Assembly (NCBI GenBank): GCA_023920165.1 | Contig: CP089278.1 | Location: 2,790,001 to 2,854,000 of the forward strand | Length of the DNA stretch: 64,000 bases | Reading direction: 5' to 3' | Source of the DNA: Curvularia clavata | Lineage: Eukaryota | Shown: in pieces, positions 11,515 to 23,429 of the stretch | Numbering within the stretch: position 1 is the stretch's first letter | How the letters are laid out: every line of letters begins with the position of its first letter | Notes under the pieces: generated by a model | Databases searched by the model: none | What the model saw: only the letters and a program-made list of their open reading frames with translations | Told to the model about the DNA's origin: nothing | Program-made: the position numbers and the translations under genes

Positions 11515-12205
11515 TTAGTACCCAGGAAGCTGTCCGCGAACCGCACCAGCCGGGAATTTTGTGGTATGCGAGTCGGTAAAGAAGCCACTAGGATTCTTCA
11601 CAATCTGCGAGACATGGAAACCATCAGCCTGGTCTTTTCCCGTCGCTGGATTAGTAACGTTAACGAAAAAGGGGCCCTTTAGGCATCCGACAGAAGTGCG
11701 ACGGTCGTCCGGACCAGTTGGATTGGGGAAAGCCTAGCAGAATTCGTCAGAAAATGTCTTTTATTACCTGTTACGGTAAGTAGGTGGGATCGGCGGCCAT
11801 GCTTACCAGGCGAGGGGGGCCTGGTTTGCCCTTGACACCCTCGTGGATGTGCGTTGCGGTGATAGCTGGGCTTTGGTATTGACCGGTCACACCGCTGAGA
11901 GTGATGTTGTAGCAGATTGTGTTCTCGGCTATGTTGATGCCATATTTGAATAGGCCGCGCGCACCGGACTCGCCAGGTGTAGGGACGCCGCTATTGGCGA
12001 TGACCTGGTCAGGACTGGCCTTGATAACATACTCGACATCAAAGTAGAAGGTCTTTTCTTTCTTCCACCAGAATTTGTCCTGAGAGTTCCATAGCTTGTC
12101 CAAGTTCTTCTTGCAGCTCTCTTTGTAATCAGAGACAGCAGTTGGGGCAGTGAGGGCCAGAGGAGTTGTGAGAAGAGCGATGAGGGCTGAAGCTGTGAAG
12201 TGCAT
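11515..12205 (-). CDS. Secreted CHRD-domain protein (intron 11734-11806)
   Basis: Signal peptide; ICYNITL...TATHIHEG...GPPRL|AFPNP...FFTDSHTTKFPAGAVRGQL. Confidence 0.85.
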
Positions 12206-13784
12206 TGTGATTGTATAGTCGCTGTGATAACAATTGTCTGTAGTTTACAAATAGAGTATGAAAATCGTGGTTGCAGATAGATCCACTCTGGGCACGTACT
12301 TGACCTGATTTTTATAGAAACGAGATTCCGCACTTGTTCCTCGAGTTAAAATCGATGTCTCCCATCCAGAACCCAATGACATCAGTAAATAGCACAATTG
12401 AACTATTGAACTGTGTTTTACCTCTAAGATACATGCCGGCGTCTTGGTGAGATTCTGTTGGATTGAGCAGCCAAGTCCTCGACTTAGAGTCAAGACCATC
12501 TTTTGCTAATGCCAAAGACTTGGTAGTAAGACGCGTGACTCGCGGCGTAACTAGTGGTCTTGGGAAGTACTCAGGTCACAAGAAGAGAACAGGACGATCC
12601 GATGCAAAACTACCGAATGGAGGAATCTGGACAGGGGGTCACTAGGTTGTTAGCATACTCAACCAATCAACAGCATCTGCCGTGATACCGTGAAGACGCC
12701 GCTCGACGTCTTGGTAAGGATACTTGCCATTTCTTACACAGTGAGCTTACAACTTCTTTGGTAGTATGATCGCTCCCAAGACATTGCCTAGCCAACTTAG
12801 TCCGGATACATTAACATCCGTAAACTTCCTGGGTTTTCAGAGAGCACTAGCTTTCTCACACGTTTCCTTTCGGATTTTAATGCGTGTACATTGGTGGCTG
12901 TGCGTGACCAAATAGGATAGTAAGGCCAAGGCGCTACCACACATTTTGCAAGGCAGGATGACCTTTTGTCTTTCAAGGGAAATGTTCAACACGAAGATAC
13001 TAAACGTACCTCCACGCGGCTGTTTCGCATCTAAAATGGCCATAAAAATCATGTGTTTTTCGAAGCAAAATTATGAGTGATTCACAAAACATTTGCATAT
13101 TTTACGAGGGGAATAATGACATCACCGATCATCCTGCCAAGACTGTCGCGATGTATCGGCCTTGCCTCCGGGGTTTCCCTCACCTACCCCCACACTAACA
13201 TACAAAAAGGCCAGTAATCAGGTTAGAGTACCAAAAGAGCATAGAGGCATCTACTTCGAAGCGGCTGTACCGTCTATTTGGAAGAATTTCTGCCCCGAAA
13301 TGATGTATCCGGCGGAGCGGTACGATCTAGACATCACTAGGATTCTTGTGCGCTTGGCATGATAAACCGCCGAGACGCTTGTTAGGGAGAACGGACTTCT
13401 GGGCAAGGAAATGAAAAGCAGGGGTAATTCAATTACTATCTCTGGGTATCGGTACGATCCCATGGAGTATCATATTAGGCCTACGCACTGTTCAAGCCCA
13501 CGAGAGCTCCCGACTTAGTCACAAGGCGCATAGACCAGTATCGAGGTGTTGTATCCCTTAAAAGACCGGAGTACTACGTTAAAGTGACAGCAGCTTCAGT
13601 AGCAAACACGGAACCATGAAGATTTTCGAAGGCATTTTGATACACCTCATATCTCGGATCGTTGAGCTTTAAGTGACTGGAAGCTGCTCGCAATCTGGAC
13701 AGGGGCTGCAGTGATGGGTCAAACAGGATAGCAAGACTCATGTAGAGCTTGGACAGCGTTCACTCCCCTGCGAGTAGTTGGACT

Positions 13785-16700
13785 CTAACTGGCTGAGGGC
13801 TGTGCATTTTCTCGACACATGCTGGAGTGAGAGTCATCCGAACTCTGAGACTCCTTGTCAACCATCCTGTCCGACTGTCGTATAGTGCCAGTGAAGCGTC
13901 CTGTACCACCAGGAAGCAGACCATCGAACTCGACAGCGTGCGCTTTCTCGCGATCTTCCCAACCGGTTCGCAAGTTCCAACCGGTATCAAGTGTGGCGAG
14001 CTCTACCGGATTGACATCCTGTACGATTTCAGCGAGGTAGCCCCACTTGGTGCTCATCATTGCAGGAGAAAGGGCAGCTAGGCGCTGGGTGAACCAAGCA
14101 TGACGCGGAGTCGTGAGAGCACCATAACCGTCAATAGCTGACTGGTCATATTGTAGTATGTGATTCAGTCTTGCATAACCGCATGAGATGAAATCGATCT
14201 CTTGTAGAGACGTCGTGCGCTCCTTGTCAGCCTTGGAATAGACGGATCCAAAGTCGGAAAGATTGGTTCCAGGCGAGATCCTATCGATGATATCCGCCCA
14301 AGATCCTTCACGCGGTATAGCTCTAAGGACAGATTCAGGAGCAACGAGGGCTTGGTTGTTCATTGGCATCGGGTGATGTACAGGCTGTTGTCCGAAGACA
14401 TTATGGTTTTGCAGTTGGGTCACCAGGGAAGCAACGTAATCGATAGCTGCGACGATGCTCAGTACATGAATTTGATCCGGTTGGGGTTGAACAGGCGGTT
14501 GTAATGGAATTGGGGCTGCAGTCTGATTCGAACCCTGTCCTTGAGCTTGAGGATTAGTTTGTAAGTACAAGTTGTGTATCTGCTGCAGTCGGTGTTGCAA
14601 CTGGGTTTGAAGAGTGGCAATATAGTTTTGCTGAACTGGATTGGCATTTGCCTGGAGTTGCTGAAGTTGCGTCTGCAACGTGTGAACGTATACCTGTAGC
14701 ACCTGTTGCTGGCCGGGTAAATTTTGTGCTACTCCCAAGGTTGCATTCAAACTCAGTTGCGCAAAGTGGTTCTGGGGTGCGTTGGCTGGCTGGGCCGCAG
14801 CATGCAGAATCGCACGTCCAGGGCGCATCATGGCCGTAAGCGAAACAGAATCGAGCACCAATTCCTTCAAGCAATGTGAATCATGGTCTTTGACAAGATT
14901 CAGTAGACGTGAGGGAGTGATCCAGCAGTTCTTCAGTCTCAACCTCTCGACATGAGGCAGCTCAAGAGGGCGTGTGGGCCAAACTCCTGAATCGATATCA
15001 GTCAGCGGTGGAGAATAGAAACCTGTGTCTGACGGGACCCGCCAGTCTACAACAGGGGCAGGAAACAGAAGCTTATTCCTTGCATAAAGTCCTTCAGCAT
15101 GCTCACCGCCGGTGGTCCAACCGACAGTCAAACTTCGAACACTTGGGCGTTTAGCGACATGGTCGCAAAGCAAGGCAAAAATCGCATTGGCACTCAGAGC
15201 AGGGTTGACCATTGAAGTAGTAACGAAACCAGCTTGATCTTTGCGGACTGTTCGCCATCCTGGGGTGACCATGAGCGTGACGTCGTGGAGGTTGGGTAGT
15301 GCATCCCAAAAGTCCGAACGATGCAGCATTTTCAAGTAACAGTCAGAAAGGCTCGAGAGGTTCAGGCTGTGTACCAGTTGGAATGTGGCGGGATTATCGA
15401 TGATGGAGAGCATGTACGAAGAGATAAATGCCCGCTGGGCCCATTCGGTCTCCAGCAACCACTCTTGCTGCGCCTGGGTGAGGCTGGCAGGTATGACGGG
15501 GTTTACGACTTGACCAGCATCGGGTGGAGGCAGGACTGATACAAATAAGATGCCATTATCTGATGGCGATGGCGCGGAAACAAAGCGCTCTAGAACGTAT
15601 GGATCATCAAAGGAAGTGGGTACAGGGATGTCAGTCATGTCGTGTGGAGTTGCTTCGCGTACCAGCCGAGGGTCCAAGTAAGGTATCTTGGGCTGTACGT
15701 CAGCTAGCATGTCGATATCTTTAAGCTCAGACAGAGGGTGTGCCGCGTCAATTTTGTAGAGAGTTGCATGTCTGATGTCACTACTGGCTTCTTGGAAGCA
15801 TGATTGAATATGTCTCCAAAGTTCCTGCTGCGCCTGGGCCCTGCGATCCAGAACAGCTTTGTTTGTTCCAAATACGCTAGAAGATTTTTGGAGGATTTGC
15901 GATCGGATCGACTTGTCGGGGCCATTGAGCCAGCCGAGGCCATTGTTGATAGAGAGGGCAAGTTCTTTCACCTTGGTGAGCTCAGAGAATGCGATCTTCA
16001 TCCGAGGTGTTTCATCAGCGGCCGTTTCAAGGCCAGCGACGGCATCAAACCGGCAGTACCCCTCATATGGCCAATCGTACCTACCCCAGAAACTTGTTTT
16101 TTTCTCAGTCAGTTGTTTGGTAAGCGGCATCGCGAGGGTGTCTTCGTTGACATCGAAGCTCATTCCGTATCTTACAATGTGCCTACCAAACCCCCGAAAA
16201 ACGTCTAGGCCATGGCCGTTGTAGTTTTCATCACCACTGAAATTCTTCCAAGAATAACCAGGCATCTCAAACATTGCGCGTTTCTTGCCTTTGTAGTCAG
16301 GTTTGAGTTCATTGCCTAGCATTCCGTAGATTTCCGTGTTGAAGGGAACGACGACAGTCTGAAACATAGCCTGGGAGATATTATGATTCAGCTCACGACT
16401 GGTGAGGCGCAATGCTTTGATGTCGTCCCGGCTGAGGAATGCGGCTATCAACTCTACCAACTCGACAGGCAGATTCCATTTGGGGCGGCCCTTCGAGGTG
16501 CATGAAGTGCGATTGAACGGTTCTTTGATCCGTTCAAGAGGAAATCCTTGACCTTGACGATTCTCGGGTGGGCAAAGCTGGGAGTCCGGCGGGCTGAGTT
16601 TGTTTGGGTCAAGAAAGTAGTATCTGGCAGTCAATTCCGCCGAAGCGCGGCAGTGGGGCCAGATATCATTGGCCTGTGGGTTTGGACTCTCGCTGTGATA

Positions 16701-17114
16701 TGCTAAGGCAACCACTGCTCCTTTTTCGTGTAGAGTGTCGGCGATGCTCTTGTGCTTGGCAGTTTCGATAGTCTGGTGTAGGCGCTTGGAAGCACCGGCC
16801 ATGACGCTGTCAAGAGGATCAACGAGGGGATCAAATGCGTGCCGAAATGGTACATTGTTTGCAGTCCAATGTGCCTGAGCAGGGCCTGTGTCTTGACCTA
16901 ATTCGCCATGAAATCCCTGGGCAGGATTTTCATTTTGTCCTGATTCGGTTTGTGGGCCAGGAGACGACCGTGGGCGACGTCGTTCTGAAGCCCCATCCCG
17001 AGGTCTTAAGGAAAGCTCGTAGAAGAAAGACCGTCGACCCTCGCCGTCATTGTTACCATTATTGTTCTGCTCTTCAGAGGCAAATGCAGGGGGGCGAGGC
17101 CCCCTTGGCTGCAT
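13785..17114 (-). CDS. Large F-box domain protein (1109 aa) with Gln-rich segment
   Basis: Uninterrupted ORF; F-box LPVELVELIAAFLSRDDIKALRLTSREL followed by LRR-like repeats. Confidence 0.8.
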   Translation of the reverse strand: MQPRGPRPPAFASEEQNNNGNNDGEGRRSFFYELSLRPRDGASERRRPRSSPGPQTESGQNENPAQGFHGELGQDTGPAQAHWTANNVPFRHAFDPLVDPLDSVMAGASKRLHQTIETAKHKSIADTLHEKGAVVALAYHSESPNPQANDIWPHCRASAELTARYYFLDPNKLSPPDSQLCPPENRQGQGFPLERIKEPFNRTSCTSKGRPKWNLPVELVELIAAFLSRDDIKALRLTSRELNHNISQAMFQTVVVPFNTEIYGMLGNELKPDYKGKKRAMFEMPGYSWKNFSGDENYNGHGLDVFRGFGRHIVRYGMSFDVNEDTLAMPLTKQLTEKKTSFWGRYDWPYEGYCRFDAVAGLETAADETPRMKIAFSELTKVKELALSINNGLGWLNGPDKSIRSQILQKSSSVFGTNKAVLDRRAQAQQELWRHIQSCFQEASSDIRHATLYKIDAAHPLSELKDIDMLADVQPKIPYLDPRLVREATPHDMTDIPVPTSFDDPYVLERFVSAPSPSDNGILFVSVLPPPDAGQVVNPVIPASLTQAQQEWLLETEWAQRAFISSYMLSIIDNPATFQLVHSLNLSSLSDCYLKMLHRSDFWDALPNLHDVTLMVTPGWRTVRKDQAGFVTTSMVNPALSANAIFALLCDHVAKRPSVRSLTVGWTTGGEHAEGLYARNKLLFPAPVVDWRVPSDTGFYSPPLTDIDSGVWPTRPLELPHVERLRLKNCWITPSRLLNLVKDHDSHCLKELVLDSVSLTAMMRPGRAILHAAAQPANAPQNHFAQLSLNATLGVAQNLPGQQQVLQVYVHTLQTQLQQLQANANPVQQNYIATLQTQLQHRLQQIHNLYLQTNPQAQGQGSNQTAAPIPLQPPVQPQPDQIHVLSIVAAIDYVASLVTQLQNHNVFGQQPVHHPMPMNNQALVAPESVLRAIPREGSWADIIDRISPGTNLSDFGSVYSKADKERTTSLQEIDFISCGYARLNHILQYDQSAIDGYGALTTPRHAWFTQRLAALSPAMMSTKWGYLAEIVQDVNPVELATLDTGWNLRTGWEDREKAHAVEFDGLLPGGTGRFTGTIRQSDRMVDKESQSSDDSHSSMCRENAQPSAS

Positions 17115-18035
17115 GGCGGCAGCAATGCTGTGGTGCTGATGGATTCTTGTTGCCTCGGTGACGTGTTGCTACTGTTGCGTCCGCGTCACGGTGGGGCAAG
17201 GACGCGATCGCTACTTTGTTGTCTTAGCTACGCAGGGGAACGTAACGTGGGGTTATTTTGTATGAAATGAGCTTGGAGATGATGAGAGTTGTAATGATTG
17301 GTTTGGTTGAGGCAAGGGCAAATGGTGAAAACCGAAAGGTTAAGCCGTTTGCGCAGGCTGTAACCAGCACTGGGGCGTTTGTCATGTGGCAGTGGTGTTT
17401 GGATCGTTGTAGTGCGCGTCCTGCAAAGAGCGCAATCTTGGCCCAGGCTCTGTAAAGGCGTGTGAGTTGGTCGTTCGACTGCTGTCTTTCGCCATAGTGT
17501 CGCAGAATAACTATCAGGTCGGTCGGCTCTCGGTCGTCGGTAGCGGACCCAGTCCCTACTATCCTATCCTCACCCCAGTACAGCGCCACAGCCGTAAAGT
17601 CCCTCGCCAGCTGCACACTGTGTTTTGTCTTCCTAGATGTCTACAGGTTTTTTTACATGGCGCCCTTCATGTCCGGCAACAGATGGCGGCAACCCCATGC
17701 GCGTGTGATTGCATCGTTGATTTTCCGCATTCGGTCAGATCACGTGATTATTGCGGCTTGCTATACACACAATGCTGATTGACTATCGTCAATTGCTCCT
17801 CTTCTCTCATTTGTCTGAGTACCATCTGCCTTCTTTGTTTCATCACGTCGCTTCATTCGGCCATGTCACGGGCCATGCATGGAACGAATGCGGAAGTCCG
17901 CTGCCCCCCGCAAGGCATCCCGCATAAAGCCACTTGCAGCTCATCAATCAACAAACCCCTGAACGCGACTTACATTCATACTGCTAATTGAGCCCACTCG
18001 CCCCAATCACTGCATCAAACGCCATCTTTTTCATC

Positions 18036-19106
18036 ATGTCATCGACTTTCTTGTCCCTACCTCGTGAGTTGAGAGATGAGATTCTGGGGTATCTCACCCT
18101 GCCGCAATACGTCTATACATCAAGTTCAACCAAAGATACCCGCAATTTGCACAAATCGCGTCGAGCCATGGATAAGACTTATATCGACACTCGTATCAGC
18201 CTGGCTCGACGTCCGCCTGCGAATATTCTAGCAACCTGTCGCCAACTAAGGCAGGAGTGCCTTGAACACCATGCTCGCTATCTTGACGCCATCCCGCTTG
18301 GCATATCGCTAAACACAGCAGACCAACCTATGAGCAACGAACTGGCCGCGAGGCTTGGTACTGAGTTTGCTGAAGAAGCGGAGCGGGCTTGCGACGATGG
18401 TACGCTGCGCATCACTATGGAGATACAAAAGTCATTGCGTGGTCTACATGGCTACTACGTTCCAGTGCGCGATCAGGTATCCCCTCGCTTTCTTGCACTA
18501 TTGCCGCTCATGCAAAGGGCGAGGAGATTGAGACTTATTCTCTGGCCTGGGTATGACTGGTGGAATGGCGGTCCTCCGGTCTTCGTCGATAAACGTGGAA
18601 ACGCTCGCATCAATTCAGACGAGGCGGCCAAGCCAAACGCTGCCTCGGTAGGTATCACTGAGTTGCTGCAATATTTTCCTCATGTCGAGGAGCTCAATGT
18701 CGACGTGCTCATGCAGGCATCAGAAGGAGGGAGATGGGATCTGCCGGATCGAAAGTGGGAAAACATCCAACCATGGCTGAACGCACCAATTGCATCTGAT
18801 GTGCGATCTGACTTGGTCAAGATTACTCGTAAGCTCATAGCGTTTTGGAACGCCTCGGAACCGGAGACTTTCTACGTTCAACATGAGGTACGGGAAACGG
18901 GAAATACCTGGAAGGTTGATAGGAGCGGCGACATGGGAACTGTAAGTGATTCGGATCTTATCCCAAATAAGAGTGTTGCTGATTATGTTTGATTGCAGCC
19001 CACAATGAAGTCCCTCTGCGATCCCAACAATGCGGAGGACATGGAGTTTCTTAATTCGCTGACGACCAAGGAATCTTTCCACCGCACAGATCAAACAAAA
19101 GCTTGA
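18036..19106 (+). CDS. F-box-like hypothetical protein (one intron, ~18942-18998)
   Basis: N-terminal FLSLPRELRDEILGYL and ILATCRQLRQE; intron GTAAGT...GCTGAT...CAG leads to a short last exon. Confidence 0.7.
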
Positions 19107-19666
19107 TGAGCGCCGGAGAATTATGGCCTTATTTCCCTAGCGTTGTTGACGTTTAAATTGGCATTCAATCAAGCACCGGCACTTTGTTTCACAGGTGGGG
19201 CATACCGAGCCTTGGTCTAGCCTAATAGATTGCACCGTCATGTTTCGAGATGTGAGCATAGCATCACAGGCGGCGGGATAGGCGAGATATGCTGCATAAG
19301 CTGGGGAAATGACATGCGCATTTCTTCCGTCCGTTGTTCTAGCGCCAAAGCGCTTCCGAAACCCACCAATTGTCTAGAACAGGCCCTCTGCCTAATCCAG
19401 ACGATCAACACGTTCACGGGCCGATCATTGGCATCCTGGAGAGGAGAGACTACTCGTTTCGGAAAAGGTCCCTTGACACGTACATCTGGTTGAAACATCC
19501 GTTGTAGATTGCTATGAAGGGCGCTCCACGTGAATGCCTGTTCCGTGCTCCATTTCCCTGTCCACGTATATTTGTAAATCTTACTTAAGGATCGGCAACC
19601 CGTCCCTAGTTTCTGGGTTTGCATCGCGTCTATCAATCTTCCCTATACAACAAACTTTCTGCAAAC

Positions 19667-20458
19667 ATGAAGGTCTCTGCACTCCTCGCTGTCGGTTCGG
19701 CATCCCTCGCCCTTGCGGTGCCCACAACCACCGTCCAGAAGCGAGCGGACTTCTGCGGACAGTGGGACTCAAAAGTCACTGGCTCGTATACCGTATACAA
19801 CAACCTTTGGGGCCAAGCCCAGGCTTCTTCCGGATCGCAATGCACCGGCGTCGACAGTCTCAGCGGGTCTACACTCAAATGGCATACGTCGTGGTCATGG
19901 GCCGGCGGGTTCGTCTACCTTTGATCCTCTATGATCACATCATTATCTAACAACATGAGCAGTCAGGGGCAGGTCAAGTCCTTCGCCAACGTCGTCACAA
20001 ACATTAACAAAAAGGCCCTGTCATCAATCAAATCCCTTCCTTCAGTCTGGAAGTGGACCTACACGGGCAGCAACATCGTCGCAGATGTGGCCTATGATCT
20101 GTTCACCTCGAGCACGGCCAACGGCAAGGAAGAGAACGAAATCATGATCTGGCTTGCTGCCCTCGGTGGCGCTGGTCCCATCTCCGCTACCGGTAGCCCC
20201 ATTGCCACCGTCACCCTCGCTGGCTCCAGCTGGAAACTGTACAAGGGCAAGAACGGCCAGATGACCGTATACAGCTTCGTTGCGGCTCAACAGGTCCAGA
20301 ACTTCAATGGAGACCTTATGGACTTTATCAAGTACCTTACTTCCAAGCAGGGTCTTCCCAGCAGCCAGATCCTGATCAGTGCCGGCGCTGGTACTGAGCC
20401 TTTCTCTGGAAGCAATGCTAAGCTTACCGTTAGCGAGTACAGCTTGGTTGAGAAATAA
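19667..20458 (+). CDS. GH12 endo-beta-1,4-glucanase/xyloglucanase, secreted (one intron, ~19909-19961)
   Basis: Signal peptide plus KR site; [21 protein letters not shown]; catalytic Glu in EIMIWL and GTEPF. Confidence 0.95.
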
Positions 20459-21302
20459 GATGTCTCACTGGGCAGATTCGCGTGTATGAATGAGTATACG
20501 GCTTCTACTTTGTGTATGCAAAGAATTCTTGTAAATACCTTTGGAGGGCATAGAAGCATAGGGCTTCAGTCTTTGTAAATATCTATAAAATCACATGCCT
20601 TCGCTTATAAACTAAGTTTCGTGTTCATCTTGAAGGCACCTACTCGAAGATGAGTCGGTGACGCTACTTACTCATACCTACATGACGCCACCTCGGATTT
20701 TCAGGACCCGCAACGTTTTTGTAGTGCTTAGGTGCCTCGATGACATGGGATTTTGTTACCAGCATTAGTCGTCAATTGCACCTTCTGCATCAGTGCAGGT
20801 CAATGCACAATGCAACAAGCTTTCGATGCCAAGCAGGTTCGTGCGTTCCGGCTCTTCGCAGCCAATTGCAGCGGGTCGCTCACGCACATGTCTTCTACCA
20901 TGCAACGCCATTCTGCAGACGTGCTGTAGCTCGGCATTGCTGTCGAATGAACGTTGCGATGATTCTGTCGATGACGACTCGCTTCCAGTAGCCCTTATCC
21001 GACTATCCTGTATTCTCATGTTGGCCGCGGTACCGTTCCTCCGCACCTCCCGTGTCAGCACCCCAAATGCCGCAGCATGGCAGACTCGCGAACTCTGATT
21101 GGGATGTCGATGCTCATCACTACCTGTTCCTGCAGGTGTCATGCAAAGGCCAGAGAAAAATCTTGGATTTGGGTTCCCGATAGTCCGGGATCGTAGAGAT
21201 AGCTGCATGTCTTGGGAGCTACAAAAAGGCCCTGAAGACCCCAAGAGCTGGATCTTACAAGCTTGAGCAGCAGTGTTTCGCGGCGCAAGAGTCATTGCAA
21301 TT

Positions 21303-23283
21303 ATGAAGCTTCAACTCTTTCCAGTGCTGTCACTGGCATCCATTGCTGGCGCCAGCTGGTCGAAGAACCTCAATTACCGCTCTCCTTCAGAGCACCATCC
21401 TGCTCTTGGAGTCTCAATCCACAAGGTGGCCAAGAGGAGTGATCCATCACACGCTTATGAGCCTTCAAGCTTGAACTTCACTCACGGCGTTGCTTCCGGA
21501 GATCCATACCCAGACAGCGTCATTCTTTGGACGCGCGTTGCGCCTCAGAGCGACAACTCACAATCCAATGTTACCGTCACTGGCTATGCACCTCTTTTCG
21601 ATCACGACAACGAAAAGTACGTACAGGTGTCCAAGTCGCCTATCTGTGTGGAATACAAGGTCTACGCGGATAAGAAATGCTCGACGACGGTAGACTCGGG
21701 CAAAGTTTACACCAGCTCTGATGTGGATTTCACGGTCAAGGTCGAGGCAAAGAACTTGAAATCATACAGCACGTACTACTATCAGTTCAATGTATGCGGG
21801 TCGGACAACAAGAGCCCTCTTGGTCGCACCAAGACGACGCCCAATGCCGACGACGACATCACGAAAGTTAGCCTTGCCGTGTACAGCTGCTCAAACTATC
21901 CTTTTGGCTTCTTCAACGCCTACGGTAACCCAGTGCGAAAGGTATGTTACACTACATTTTGGACCGAAAGAACCCCGAGTAACTGTAATACAGGACTCTG
22001 TAGATTATGTCATCCATCTTGGAGACTACATCTATGAGTACAAGAACGGCGAGTATGGCTGGGGTAACAGCATTGGTCGTATCCCGCAGCCCGATCGTGA
22101 CATCTACACCCTGTACGACTACCGCAAGCGACTTGCAACCTACCGCACCGACTTGGATCTTGTTGCCAGCCATCAACAATTCCCTTGGATTCCTGTTTGG
22201 GACGATCATGAGGTCGCTGATAATACTGTATGTTTTTTGCTCTTTATATGCACATCTTCTGCTCATACATGATAGTACCGCGATGGCAGCTCTAAGCTCA
22301 ACAACACTGAGGACTCCTTCATCTACGATGGTGGCGTTTCTGTCGACCAACGCAAGATGAACGCAGTTCGTGCCTACTTTGAATGGATGCCTATCCGCCA
22401 AGTCGACATGGACGACAATCTGCGTATTTGGCGCTCTTTCTCCATTGGCAAGCTGGTCGACTTGATCATGCTGGACACGCGTCAATATGATCGCTCCATC
22501 ACTGACCTTTACTGGAATACAGACTACGTCCACGACATCTCCAATGACGCCGGGCGTTCCCTCATGGGTGCCAACCAGGAGAACTGGTTCTACCGTAGTC
22601 TCTCCCATTCGTCGAAGCGCGGTGCCACATGGCGCGTCATTGGTTCCCAGATCGTCTTTTCACGCCTAAATCAATCCGCAGCGTTTGGCGAAAAGAATCC
22701 ATTGAATTACGATGCTTGGGACGGATACATGGCCAATAAAAACCGCACCTTGAACCATCTCTACAGTAACAACATCAACAACAATGTTTTCCTTGCTGGA
22801 GACAGCCACGCCTCATGGGTCAGCGACCTTGTCTGGCTCGACGAAAAGAACTATGACCCCAGCACGGGCGCCGGCAGCATCGGCGTTGAGTTCGCTGGTT
22901 CGGCAGTAACATCGCCTTGCCCTTACGGCGCCAACATTTCCCTTGCAACCGCAAATAACTACTCATCCATCATCGAGGCTGCGAACCAGGAACTGCAATG
23001 GCAGGACTTGTACTACCGGGGTTACTTTGAACTCCACTTCTCGCACGAAGAGCTTACAGCCAACTTCTTTGGTCTGCCAACGGTCGTCACGCGCAACGGA
23101 TGGGAGATTCCTCTTGCCAACTTCACGGTCAAGAGCGGCGAGAACAAGTTGCAGCGTCCCGTTGCCGGGGGTATCGTCGAGAGCGGCAGTCTGAAGGGAG
23201 GGAAGAGGGTGCAAAACAACATCACTCTGGACACTAACAACGGAACTTGGTTCGTTAGCCATGCCGATTTGTCAGTTTTGTGA
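21303..23283 (+). CDS. phoD: Secreted PhoD-type alkaline phosphatase (introns ~21942-21993 and ~22228-22275)
   Basis: FTHGVASGDP, SCSNYPFG, HLGDYIYE, VWDDHEVADN, LDTRQY, DAWDGY, LAGDSHASW. Confidence 0.93.
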
Positions 23284-23429
23284 AAGCAAGAGCCTAGCTA
23301 CAAGGGATTTGTTGCAACACCTGAAAAATAGTCTAGTATTGTAGTAATCTTCCTTATCAAGCTAATTATAATACGAATGCAACGAGATTATCCAGAGTCT
23401 ATGTCTATGTCTTGAACGACACACATGCA

